DNA from: Selaginella moellendorffii
Taxonomy: Eukaryota > Plantae > Lycopodiophyta
Direction of reading: 5' to 3'
Assembly: GCF_000143415.4 (NCBI RefSeq)
Contig: NW_003314264.1
Span: forward strand, 4,019,229-4,083,228
DNA: 64,000 nucleotides
Below, piece by piece: positions 12,222 to 23,524 of this stretch. Both the position numbers and the translations under genes were made by a program. The notes beneath the pieces are model-generated. The model was not told the origin of the DNA, made no database searches, and saw nothing but the letters and a program-made list of their open reading frames with translations. Position 1 is the first letter of the stretch, and every line of letters begins with the position of its first letter.

Positions 12222-12771
12222 TTTGCAACAACTTCGTTAATGTTAGAAAACAAGATTAAGATAAAAACTGAAGGTTTTTTAGTAGAACAAATTTGTCTTG
12301 ATTAATTTGTGCAAATCAAAGAATATAGTTTTTTTGTTTCTGCCATGATAATATTACCCGGACGCTGCAAAGAACACCGACGACATAAAGCTAGCCTCTT
12401 CAAACAAAGACCGAGTGTGTTAGTGCCGCAGGCTGGCTGAAGAAAAACTTCCAAAACAAAAGCTAAAACCATCACTCCTTCTCTATGTATACTCTTTCTC
12501 AACCCAGCCATTCTCCCTCTTTTATCATCCCAGTCCCGGAGTACCAAGCCACACAATGAAAGGAAAAAAAAATAATAAATAAATATAGCGTCCCCCCTCA
12601 GTACCAATGAAAAACAAAAAAAGAAAAAAGAAAAACGAGGAAAACCAAAAGACAAAAGAAAAAAAGAAAGAGGAAAGCTTTGCTCTCTTACGTTACCTCC
12701 ATGGAACGCTGGATGGAACGCTGCTAGAAGTGTCACTGTGATCCTCTGTTCTAAGCCGCCGGAGGGAAGAG

Positions 12772-13477
12772 CTAGCTACTGTGATCAGCCGTGGAAGGAT
12801 ATGGCCTAAAGCGAGCGTCTGGATTCCCTCCTCTCTGGGATTGTCTACTGCTCGCTCCATAGTTCGCACCATAGCCTCCTCCATTCCCTGTTCCATCACC
12901 TGTTGCTCCACTGTTTCCCATCCCTCCGCCATAATTCGATCCAACACCGCTACCACCGCCGCCACCACCGCCACCGCTTCCACCACCACCGCCGCCACTC
13001 CCGCCACCGCCGCTATATCCATCTACACTCCCAGCTCTCCAGGTGTTGTCCGGATAACCAGAGTACGCATCTGCATAACTCGAGCCATAGCTACCTGCAT
13101 TACCACCACCGCCACCACCGTATCCTCCGCTGTTATTCCCATATCCTCGCCCACCATAGCCAGCGGCAGCACTGCCATACCCCGCGTCGCTACTATAACC
13201 ATAGCCGCTCCCGCTATACCCCGGACTCGTCGCAGCATTCCCCTGTCCGCCACCTCCAGAGCCACCCCATCCAGCGTTCCCATATCCGCTCATATTACTC
13301 CCACTGCCTCCATATCCACCGGAACCAGCAGCTCCACCGTATCCCGGAGCACCGCCACCACCCCAAGCGTTCCGTCCACCTCCATACCCGGGGCTGCCAC
13401 CTCCGGCTCCGCCATACCCCGGACCGCCACCTCCGTATCCCCCGCCACCTCCGCTAGCGTAGCCACCGTATCCTCCC

Positions 13478-13510
<33 letters not shown>

Positions 13511-14572
13511 CTGGCACCATATCCTCCACCGTAGCCATATCCAGCAGCGCTTGCGCCGTAGCCTGTCCCTACAGCTCCATACCCGCCAGCGCCACCGTAA
13601 CCAGCAGCTCCATAGCCAGCAGCACCGCCGTAGGAAGGATAGCCACCCCGGATCCCTGGAGTCGGACTGTACCGGCTGGCGGCGGCGTAGGCACCGGCAG
13701 CTCCACCACCTGGACTGCTCGGGTAGCCGGGGCCGTAGGCGCTGTATCCTCCGGGCCTGGGAACTCCCGAGTAGCCGGCTCCTCCGGGACTCCTGGCCGG
13801 CCCGGCCGAGAGCTCCTTGGGCACCGCCCGCTTCACCTCCACCATCTTCTCCTTGAGCTCGTGGAAGGTCTTGTGCAGGACGTTGTCCACGGCTTCCTCG
13901 GTGTCGAAGGTGATGAATCCAAAGCCGCGGGGGCGCTGCGTCGCGTGGTCGTACATGACGACGACATCTGTAATAGTACCAAACTGCTCAAAATACTTTC
14001 GGAAGTCATCCTCAGTTACATTAGAGCCTAAACCACCCACAAAAATCTTTTTGGTTTTAGACGAGGCATGGCCGCCCGGCCCAGCCACGGCACTCCCGTT
14101 GGCCTTTACTACACTGTGCTGCTCATCCCTGGGCACGGCCTTTTTCGCTTCCACCTATGTAGAGTTAAAAAAGAAAACAAGCTAGCACTAGTTATAAACC
14201 AGCTAAAGACCACACACACTCTCACTCTCTTCAAACACATCACACACACAAGCAAGCCAAGCAAAGAGAGAAAAAAGTATGGAACAAAACACTCTAGCGC
14301 TACTATCACGTAGAGAAATCTAGCGAGCTATGGAGGGAGGGGGGACGTACCACTCTTCCATCGATCGTGTGCTTGTCCAGCAGCACCCGGTCGGCGCAAT
14401 TGGGATCCGAGAACACCACGAATCCAAACCCGCGGGCGCGCCCAGTGGTCCGGTCCCTCATAATCACCGTCTCCACGACCTCGCCATAGGCCTGGAAGTA
14501 ATCCTTGAGCTTCTCCTCGGTCGTCTCCCACGAGATCCCGCCAATGAAAAGCTTCCCCTGATCTGTTTCCAT
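12772..14572 (-). CDS. hnRNP A/B-like (RNP1/Musashi-type) protein with 2 RRMs and a Gly/Tyr-rich tail
   Basis: KLFIGGISWET and RGFGFV (RRM1); KIFVGGL and RGFGFI (RRM2); GGY repeats; C-terminal RFRPY PY-NLS; intron approx. 14155-14350. Confidence 0.92.
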
Positions 14573-15010
14573 GGTCTACAGCAATGCGCGCCCCGGATCT
14601 GAATGCCTGGCCGCCGCGCTTAGATCTGCGGCTGGAGCTCCATCCCCGCGCCCCCGGCGCTGCAATGCGCTGCTAGATCTGGCCTGGAACCGGGAATGCG
14701 CCAATTCAGATCCCTGGCAAAGCCGGCGCCTCGGCTGGAAGGCGCCTGCTCTGCGATTATCCCAATCGTCGCCGCCAAAGAGAGAGGGGAAGAAGAAAAG
14801 AGAGATTCTCCCAGAGAGTGTGAGTGTGAGTGTGTGTCGTGGTGAAACCCTACAGATCTCCTCGCTCTGGATTAGGGTTAGGTCACCCGGTACGGCACGC
14901 GATGACAAGTTAACGGCTAGGATTGCACTCCCGCGATTCCCACGTGGGCGTACCAAATGTCGGGATAAAAGAAAGGTGGCCGTACGTAGTGTCTGGATAA
15001 AAAATAATGA

Positions 15011-15083
15011 TGGAGATGAGGGGCATCGATCCCCTTACCTATCGCATGCGAAGCGATCGCTCTACCATCTGAGCTACATCCCC
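15011..15083 (-). tRNA. tRNA-Ala(CGC)
   Basis: Reverse complement GGGGATGTAGCTCAGATGGTAGAGCGATCGCTTCGCATGCGATAGGTAAGGGGATCGATGCCCCTCATCTCCA folds as a cloverleaf, anticodon CGC. Confidence 0.95.
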
Positions 15084-15143
15084 AATCGTTGGACGCTAAC
15101 CATGTGCTCGCCCAAAACATGAGACTATAACCTAATTTATTAT

Positions 15144-15307
15144 TCTAAGAATATTCGATGTTTAAATTTTCTAAGCCTCTCAAAACTCTTTTGCTAGAGA
15201 GTTTATTTCATGGACACACTGGGACCGAAATCTAAGAATATTCGATGTTTAAATTTTCTAAGCCTCTCAAAACTCTTTTGCTAGAGAGTTTATTTCATGG
15301 ACACACT
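15144..15307. repeat. 77-bp exact direct repeat (period 87) in the cupin gene 3' region
   Basis: tctaagaatattcgatg...tttatttcatggacacact at 15144-15220 and 15231-15307. Confidence 0.95.
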
Positions 15308-15325
15308 CGCAGCACTGGGAAATCT

Positions 15326-16922
15326 CTAGCCGAAAACTCGGACCAAGTTCTCCACAAACTGGTAGCTCCGCTCCTCCTCTCCACCTCGCCTGGGCTGGCG
15401 CTCGCGGCGGGGGAAGATGTAAGCCTCCTCGGCACGGCGATCCTCGAGCTTCTGCTGGAGCTGCTCGTCGATCTGGAGCGCGCTGGACATGACGCTGCGC
15501 GGGACTCCCTTGTACACCGAGTTCCTCCCCGCGAGATACGATTCTATCGGCCTGGGAAGAACCAAGACATGATCAAACAAAGATCCAAAGCAAACGATCC
15601 AGGAACTTACAAGTGAGTCTTGTAGATCACCGCGAAATCGAGACCTTCATTCCCGGCCAGCTTCGCGGAGGGATAGTTCGCCGGAACAACGAGAAGAGAG
15701 CCCTCGTCCATGTCCGCCTCCACGGCCTGCTCGCCATTCTCGCGCACGACTTCAATCCTCCCGCGGCCCTCGTTCACGTAGATAACTTTGTGTGCGTTGT
15801 GTGCCCACGCTGGAGCGGTCAGAGCACCCTGGAAGCCAAGAATCCATAAAAAAAATCACTTTTTTTCCCGATCGATGTTACCGATTTGAGCTGGTAGCAT
15901 GCAGCCGAGAGTCCGAGCTCCTTGAGAATCGGCATCTTCATGCTGTTAAGCTGGCGCATCTCTCCACCGCGCGGAACGTAGACATCGGGCTGCGCATCGC
16001 CCAGGCGGTAGACGAAGTCCATGTAGATTCCGCTGTTGGTCACCGACGGCAGGCTCCTTCGCTGCTGCTCGTCCACTTTGATGATCTGTGAGCCCTTCTG
16101 GCCCTCGCGGAGTCGCTGCACGATCGACTCGTCCACGCCCCACGCCTGAGCCAGGATCTCCTTGCTGAAACCGTGGAGCAGGGAGTTCCCGGTGGACTCG
16201 TCCTGTGATTCTCGGCGACGGCGTGGAGATCTCTCAGACTCTTGCTCGTCACTTCCCGCGAGATGGAAGACCTGCGCAAACAAAGCTGATTGTTTCAGAT
16301 GAGAACGAATGGGAGAGAGATCTTTGCGGACCTTGAATCGTCCACACTCGCAGCTAGTGGTGGTGTCAGCGACGTCGAGGAATCGAGCGCGCTGGTTTCC
16401 ATCGTTGAAGAGCCACGCCGCGAATCCTCGCGGGATCGCCATGGTATCTCCTTTCTTGAGCTCAAACACGCTCTTCTCAGTCACCTTATCGGTGAAGGGA
16501 CTCACGATTCCAGCCCGGAGCCTCCCTGGAGCAACAACATCAACGCAAACACCGTGAGAAACAATCCAAGATCGAGAATGTGGGTGGCGAGCGATCATAC
16601 CTTCCATGACCGTGAGAAGGACATGCGAGTCCTTGTAGCCCGGAAGAACAAGACCATTCGGCTCCACGGTGACGCGCTTCACTCCAAACTCGGCGTCGCA
16701 CAGCGCGCGGTAGTCACCGGCGTCATACTCCTCGATCCTGCCACCCTCGGAGCGGAAGATCTCGCGGGGCTTGCGCGGCTTCAAGTCCCGGAACGCCTGG
16801 CGCTGCTGGCGCCGATCGCTCGACTCTCGATCGTGGTGCTGCCGATCACCCTCGCGACGAGCGTGAACATCCAGAGCCAGCACCGCGAGAGCCAGCGCGA
16901 GAACAAAGAGCTTCTTTCCCAT
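15326..16922 (-). CDS. Secreted bicupin, legumin/11S-like storage globulin, multi-exon
   Basis: Signal peptide MGKKLFVLALALAVLALDVHA, RSEGGRIEEYD, VEPNGLVLPGY, GDTMAIPRG, FHLAG, LHGFSKEILAQAWGV, SYLAGRNSV. Confidence 0.85.
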
Positions 16923-16984
16923 CTCTAGCAGCTCGAAAAGAGGAAAAAGCGATGGTGGATGGAAGAAACCATGGCCGGGGACGA

Positions 16985-17020
16985 AGCTTATATACTCGCT
17001 GGCCAAGCTTGTGCATGGCA
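16985..17020 (-). promoter_or_regulatory. TATA box plus RY/legumin-box core (GCCATGCA) upstream of the cupin gene
   Basis: Minus strand reads ...atGCCATGCAcaagcttggccagcgagTATATAAg..., about 70-95 nt upstream of ATG 16922. Confidence 0.55.
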
Positions 17021-17229
17021 TCCATTTGGCGTCGCGTATCCTGCCACTATACTTGCCATTTGGGGGCACCTTCCAAACCATCTCCAGTGTGGAGCTGGAA
17101 CTTCACCATAGCTCAAAGCACCCGTTTAGAAGATCAAATGGAAACGAGTGTGATGCCTTTGATTCTTTACGTGTACAAACAAAGCTCGCGAGGAGTCCGG
17201 CCTCTTCGCTCTCTCGCTCCGCGCTTGCG

Positions 17230-19107
17230 TTACGAGATAGCATGGCCGAATCCCAGCTCCACCGCGTGAGTGGCATCCAAGCCACACCCCATGCCTTCGT
17301 ACCACTTATCATTCTCTGCGCAGTAGCTGCTCAAGCCTCCATCTTCGCTGGGCTGCCGGAGGAGCGTCTCGCAGTTCTTGCAGTAGCCCGTCTCGAGCAG
17401 GACGTCCGCCTTGCAGCAGCACCTCGCGCAAGAGAGCGTCGGGGCTTTCTCCGCGGCCTTCTTTGCTGGCCGTCGTCTCGAAGATGGCTTCGCCATTGCG
17501 TCGTCCTTGGTGTCGGCCTCCCTGCTCATCTCGTCCTCCCGGGACCAGTGCTCCACCAGGCTCATGTCGTCGGCCAGGCTTTGCTGCTGAGCACCAACAC
17601 CCGCCGGAACGATCGCTCCCGCCGCCTTGTCGATGCTTCGGAGCCTCAGCACCGCCGACGATACGTCCTGGCAAACGCTGTTGAGAACGTCCACGCTCGT
17701 GTTCCCCAGCCTCCGTTCCAGGCTCCCAAGTTCCATCTGGAGTTCCTGTATCTGCCGGAGTAGAACCTGGCGCGCTTCATCCTCTTCCTTCTCAGCCGCA
17801 AGCTCCTCGGAGATGCTGTTCGGGTCGACAAACCGGTGAATTATCCTCGCGCTGCCTTCGTGCGGACCCGGCTCATGGCCGGAGTGAACCGCATAGAGCT
17901 TGAACGTCGCCACGCCTTCTTCCTGGTACGCAAACGTTTTCTCCTTCTCGTCGTAGTTCGTGATGGGAACTATCGCCCGGATCCGGAAGCTGCATCCACA
18001 CCGCTTGGACATGTACCGCTTCCTCTTGAGCACACCAGGCTTCCTCCCAGTCGGCTCCCCACCCCTGTGGCAGCAGTAGTCTTTCACCTCGGCTAGAAAC
18101 GGCTTGTATCTGATATACTTCTGCCGGATGCACAACACCACCTTGTACTTGGCCGCGAGATGCTGCAACCGCTGAGGGACGTCTCGAGCCACCACCTCGA
18201 ACGATTCGGTGTACTCGAATCTCTTCCTCCTGGATTGCTGGAGAGCGGCACTAGCAGCAGCAGCGGCAGTATCAGTAGTAGCAGCAGTAGAAGTTCCGCC
18301 ACCACCATTACCACCATTACCACCATCACCACCACCACCAGTAGGAGCATGACTAGCGACGCTACCACTGCCAGCACCAGCAGCATCACCGCTTCCTCCA
18401 ATGCTCTTGATGCTCTTCCCACCGCCGAGGGACGACCGCTCGCTAGAGCTCCCACAAACCGGGCACGTCGAGATACATACCTTGACATACGACTCTGGAA
18501 CTCCATAGACCTTGGCACCGACAGTCCACACGTCTCGCATCCTCTCCAGCGTCTCCTTGCAGCCGAGGTGCTTGAGATCCGGGCGAATGTGGAACTGCTG
18601 GACGATCCCACCCCACTGCTCGATGAATGGCACGAACTGGTAAGGATTGCTCTTGAAGAACAGCACCTCGTTGCCGAGATCGTCAACTTGGGCCTGGAGC
18701 TTGTCCTGGATCCTCCTCCAGCCCGTGAGATAGGCCGTGTCTTCGTGACGATCCTTCCACACCCCGCGCCAGGAAGCTAGAACCGGCGGCGTCGCCACGC
18801 CCCGGATCTCGTCCGGCGATGGATGCCGCCCGGCCATGAGGCAGCGCACCATCAACCTGTGAGACGCGCGATTGAATGTGTAGAACTGGCTCGACATGTG
18901 AGGCTCTGGATCCACGGGCATCATCATCACGGAGGAAGCTCGCGACGAGGATGGATTGGCGGCGGCGGCGGATTGAGGATTGGAGAGATTTGGCGGCGGG
19001 ACGATGGCGATTGCCGAGCTGCTGGCCGCGGCCATGCATTCCGCCTCGGCGTAGAGCTCCTCCTGGTCGGGATCGGTCATGGCCGCGTCTTCGCTCAGCA
19101 CAGACAT
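17230..19107 (-). CDS. Uncharacterised single-exon 625-aa protein with an HHCC-like zinc motif and a WRKY/GCM1(FAR1)-like domain
   Basis: Long ORF; FHIRPDLKHLG...CISTCPVC; YCCHRGG...SKRCGCSFRIRA...VHSGH; coiled coil; C-terminal CxxC...CxxC. Confidence 0.75.
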   Translation of the reverse strand: MSVLSEDAAMTDPDQEELYAEAECMAAASSSAIAIVPPPNLSNPQSAAAANPSSSRASSVMMMPVDPEPHMSSQFYTFNRASHRLMVRCLMAGRHPSPDEIRGVATPPVLASWRGVWKDRHEDTAYLTGWRRIQDKLQAQVDDLGNEVLFFKSNPYQFVPFIEQWGGIVQQFHIRPDLKHLGCKETLERMRDVWTVGAKVYGVPESYVKVCISTCPVCGSSSERSSLGGGKSIKSIGGSGDAAGAGSGSVASHAPTGGGGDGGNGGNGGGGTSTAATTDTAAAAASAALQQSRRKRFEYTESFEVVARDVPQRLQHLAAKYKVVLCIRQKYIRYKPFLAEVKDYCCHRGGEPTGRKPGVLKRKRYMSKRCGCSFRIRAIVPITNYDEKEKTFAYQEEGVATFKLYAVHSGHEPGPHEGSARIIHRFVDPNSISEELAAEKEEDEARQVLLRQIQELQMELGSLERRLGNTSVDVLNSVCQDVSSAVLRLRSIDKAAGAIVPAGVGAQQQSLADDMSLVEHWSREDEMSREADTKDDAMAKPSSRRRPAKKAAEKAPTLSCARCCCKADVLLETGYCKNCETLLRQPSEDGGLSSYCAENDKWYEGMGCGLDATHAVELGFGHAIS

Positions 19108-19281
19108 ATTTTCGCTGCTTGGCGAGATCGCTAGAACCTGACAATCATCTGGATTGGTGTCGCGTCTCGTCGGGCCGCCGGATCGAGCGGAAGAGATCCC
19201 TCCTCCATCGCCATAGCCGGCTACCTCTGCCCTACTCTCTATATACCCTAATCATTGTTTCGCCAAGAACCCTATTCTCGA

Positions 19282-19541
19282 ATGGGAGGAGGACACCATC
19301 ACGCCGCCCAGGTCCCCGCGAGCTTGGGGAGGGATCTACGCGCTTGTCTTCGATGCCGCCTTGTCAAAACCTACGATCAGGTGAGCTCACGCCGTGGTTT
19401 CTTAGAGCGATCGGTTGATTTCCATTCCCGATTCTTCGCAGTTTAACAAGAATGGCTGCGAGAATTGTAAGTTCTTTCACATGGAACAGGAACACGATCG
19501 AATTCTAGAGTGCACTACTGTGAATTTTTCCGGGTAAGATG

Positions 19542-19583
<42 letters not shown>

Positions 19584-19809
19584 TTAACTCCTCTCTGGCG
19601 ATTGACAACTCGTGAACTCTATCGATCACCCATCTCTCTCTTGACAACTTCACTCTATCGATCACTCTCTCTGGATTGTGACAACTCGTGAACTCTATCG
19701 ATCACCCATCTCTCTCTCTCTCGATTGACAACTCGTGAACTCTATCAATTACCCATCTCTCTCTCTCTCTCTCTCTCGATTGACAACTCGTGAACTCTAT
19801 TGGTCACCC

Positions 19810-19848
<39 letters not shown>

Positions 19849-20223
19849 AGAACACTAACATTTTTTGGTAGGCTTATATCCTCGATGGATCCAACTGGGA
19901 GCTGGGCAGCTCGATGGTTGAGAATAAGTGAGTGGATTTTTTTTTTGTTCTTCCTGTTTTTAACTCGAAGTGCTTGACTGGAGCAGGCAAATTCGTTCCT
20001 GGCTGCTACGCCCTGGCTGTCTCGGGCGTTCTCAACGAAGATATGCAGGTCAGTCTCACTTGTTCGTGTTTGTTTCGTCTTTCATCTCTCGGTGATTTCG
20101 AGATCTCCTTGTCTCTAGCATGATTCTTGTAAAACTTTTGTTCGTCCATGCGCTAAGCTGCTTCTGGTCATTGCTGTGCAGAACATCTGCGAAGACAATA
20201 ACATCAAATACGTTCCTCGGTGA
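19282..20223 (+). CDS. SPT4: Transcription elongation factor SPT4, 5 exons
   Basis: LRACLRCRLVKTYDQF, GCENC, ECTTVNFSG, MDPTGSWAARWLRI, FVPGCYALAVSG. Confidence 0.95.
19545..19845 (+). repeat. Compound minisatellite: ~5 copies of gattgacaactcgtgaactctatcgatcaccca separated by (CT)n, inside SPT4 intron 2
   Basis: Units begin near 19600, 19641 (partial), 19674, 19723 and 19778. Confidence 0.9.
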
Positions 20224-20543
20224 GCAGCCGATGATCGCAAGCACAGGAAAACAAATTTAGAAGATCACAGATTCAGAAGAGAAAACAGTGAGAAAAATGT
20301 GATTTTTGTCTTTCTCCGCTACTTATTACGCTACTTGATAATGAGATAAGTAGCCTCTCCTTTTACAAGAAAGGACGTAGAATGGACACGAGTTTTGGCC
20401 GAGGCACTAGGTAGAGCAGCCATAGCTCGCTGGTGTTTGTTGACCGGATCAATCGCTTGGCGCTCCAGTGCATGACTTGGGCTCTTAGATTTGGCGAGGA
20501 GGGAGCGACCCAAGTCGCCAAAATCGCGGCTTAGGCACGGCTT

Positions 20544-21434
20544 ATGGCCCTAGCGGCATCGTCGTCCTCCTCGTCCGGATTCCTGCGCCTCGCCGACGCC
20601 CGGAGGAAGAATTTGCCGCTCCGCCCGCAGCGCAATCTCCCCCAGCTCCGAACGATGAGCGCCAGGGCCTGCTCGTCCCCGAATTCGTCGTCGGGCACCT
20701 CCGCCGGTGGCGATCTGGTGACGAGCGGCAAGAAAGTGGTGCCGTATGCCAACTATGCCGTGCCCATCGACAATTCCAGCGCCTCCTCCTTCATCACCCG
20801 CCCCCTGGCCGAGATCCTGCGCGACATGAACAAGAGGGTGCCGGACAAGGTGATCAAGATCAAGGTGGACGAAGATGGCAACGAGCTCAAGTACATTCCT
20901 TGGTATGTTGATCTCTTTGCTCTCCTGGTGTTCTTGTGCTCCATGAAATTTGTCTTTGTTTTCTCGGTTTCGAAGACTTTTCTTGTCGTAAAAAACATGT
21001 TTTTGGTTGTACTGCTCATCGATCTGATGGTTTTGTAGGTTCCATGCCAACAGGATGCTGAGCTTCTACGCTCCAGGTACGAATTCTCCTTCTCAAGCAA
21101 GAAAAGTAACGAGGAAAAGGATTTTTTTCTCGCAGGCTGGAGCGGAGAAGTTCGCAACTTGACATTCTCGCCGGACAGCAAGACCGTCTCAGTCGTGTAC
21201 CGAGTGACGATACGAGGCTCCGATGGCGAGGTAAGCAAAAATTCCTCTTTTTTTCTAGGCGAGAGCTCTGGAGATCTGTTCTTCCAGATCTCTCGCGAGG
21301 CCTCGGGCACCGCTTACATGCACGATGTGGAGTTTGGCGATCCCGTCCAGAAGGCCGAGGGCATGGCGTTCCGGAGAGCCTGCGCGAGATTCGGGCTGGG
21401 GCTCTACTTGTACCACGAAGACGATGCGCAGTGA
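20544..21434 (+). CDS. RAD52-2: Organellar RAD52-like ssDNA-binding protein (RAD52-2/ODB2-like), 4 exons
   Basis: RPLAEILRDMNKRVPD, YIPWFHANRMLSFYAPGWSGEVR, AFRRACARFGLGLYLYHED; transit-peptide-like N-terminus. Confidence 0.88.
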
Positions 21435-21627
21435 GTGAGAGACAAGCAAAGCTCTTATAGCTAAGATTTTGCAGTGTTTGAGAGGCCTCGCTACGAGAGA
21501 AACGACGACTAAGAAATACTCCTTGTAAAGTTAGAGGTGTCTGTTCCATTTTTTCTATCTTTCCTGCTCACAATTGAAAAATCATGTAGCACGATTTCGT
21601 CGTGAAAAGGCAGGCTGTTGCCAAAAG

Positions 21628-21700
21628 TTCCGTTGCCGGGAATTGAACCCGGGTCTCTCGGGTGAGAGCCGAGTATCCTGACCGACTAGACTACAACGGA
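21628..21700 (-). tRNA. tRNA-Glu(CTC)
   Basis: Reverse complement TCCGTTGTAGTCTAGTCGGTCAGGATACTCGGCTCTCACCCGAGAGACCCGGGTTCAATTCCCGGCAACGGAA. Confidence 0.96.
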
Positions 21701-21905
21701 TTACATTATCTTACCATTAACAATCGCTGTTTTGAATGATTTCTAAGAAGACAATGAATGCCATCTTTATCACTCATGTGTTCCATAGTGTCCTGCACTG
21801 TGCAAATGCATAAAATTGCCCACCCCAACTACCCACCTATGATAGCGAATCTACCAGAATATGCTCACAGCCTGATTTCCACCTTTATTAAAAGAATCAA
21901 TTATT

Positions 21906-23259
21906 TCACAAAAGGCACAGCTGGCGCACATTGATTGGGGAGGCATCGTCCAGGCCCCCATCAAACAGCCGCTTGCCCAGCACAACATTTGCAGCATCTG
22001 TGGGGTGGTACGGATCCCAGAACACGTATTTCGTACGGTCGGGGCAGTACTTGACCAGCCCACCTGGCAGGCATGGGACTTGACCGTTGAATGGCCCGGC
22101 TCCACAGCATCCTCGGTTCCCATAGTCAAAGCCTATGCGTTGGATGAATGGATCGATCGATTAGAACACGCAAAGGATAGAAGAAAGCATCCAGTCAGAG
22201 GGATTACCAAACTTGGATGGGTGGTCGATGACGTCTCGAAAGATGTTGTACACGTTTCCATAGACGATGGTGGCTCCGGGGAGTTGGGAGTTGAGCTCCA
22301 CCAGCATGGGCTTGAGCGCGTCGTTGAAATCCCTCACGATGGCTTCCACGGGCTCGATGCATCCCCCGGTGGTGGAGTTGTAGAGGAAGAGCGAAGATGG
22401 GATGCAGCCCAGGGGACCAACGTTCGCCACCACGATCTTGCGAGCGCCAAGTCGATAGATCTCCTGGAAGAAACCGCGATAAAATCCAGAGGTCTTTCGA
22501 GCTCTGGGCGATTCAATCTTCCAGACTTACCTGGAGCTGCTTGGAGAAGATCGAGAGGAGCGTGTCTCGAAACGTGGATGTAGGAAGATTGTGGCTCCGG
22601 GTGTAGGGGAGGAAGTAATTGTTGATGTAATCGTTGCTGCCCATGATGATCGCGACGAGCGAGCGGGAGATGAGGCTGGATGCGGCGGACGGACCCAGCA
22701 TGGAGCTGATCTCTCCGATGCTGTTGCCGAACCACTGGATTTGCTTCCAGAACGTGATCCTCTCAGCCTGATCGAATCGATCGAAAGAAAACGATGTCAC
22801 AAACAATGGCATTCCAATATCTCGACGATTACTCACATAGTTTCCCCCGGTTTCATCCTCAATCCCCGCTGCTCCCGACGCATAGCTCACGCCCTGGAGG
22901 ATCTTGCTCCCTTTCGCGGATGGATCCAGATATGGTGGCACCAGAGGCAATCCAATGAGCTCCCCTGTGACAATTACATCCAAGATCAAGGACAAGAAAT
23001 CCACAGAGTCTCTGTTACCGACGACGTCCACCACTGTCCTCCCGTTGGAGAATCTCCCAGTCGCTCCCAGCGGGAAATCAATCCCATTCGGCGCCGTGTC
23101 GCCCCTGGCCACCGCGGCCAGGTGATTGTTGTTGCCCACGTCCACCAGCGAATCCCCAAAGATGAATGCCGCAGGGACGAGGGGCTGCGATTGCTGCGCG
23201 GGGCAGCAGCAGAGCATGATCGTCGCGACGACGAACAGCAGCGCTAATACCAGCGCCAT
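21906..23259 (-). CDS. GDSL esterase/lipase, multi-exon
   Basis: Signal peptide, FIFGDSLVDVGNNN, ATGRFSNG, GSNDYINNY, YVFWDPYHPT. Confidence 0.95.
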
Positions 23260-23524
23260 GTTGAATCGCCTCGCGACTGCTGATCGCTCTCAAGAAGCCC
23301 ATGAAAGGAGAAGAAGAAGAGATCTTTAATCCATCTCTTTCCAAGCGCAGGCGATCACGCGCTCGTCATAAAACTATGGTACTCACAAGAAAGCCGACAG
23401 AGCATTGAAACTACCCAGTCAGAATTATTCCTGGAATAATTCTGGGTCGAATTTACGCTAGCCCTAAAAACTAAAGTGCAGGTCAAAGTCAAATAAAGTC
23501 GAGTCGTTTTGTTCTATTATGTTT

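Noticed and set aside
12781-14031. 416-aa Ser/Thr-rich plus-strand ORF, and similar long antisense ORFs at 51167-52624, 54217-55353 and 6976-7872
   Set aside because: Shadow frames of GC-rich genes on the opposite strand; the 54217 ORF even starts inside tRNA-Pro
19600-19845. Repeat-spacer pattern resembling a CRISPR array
   Set aside because: Spacers are just (CT)n tracts, the locus is a eukaryotic intron, and no cas genes are present
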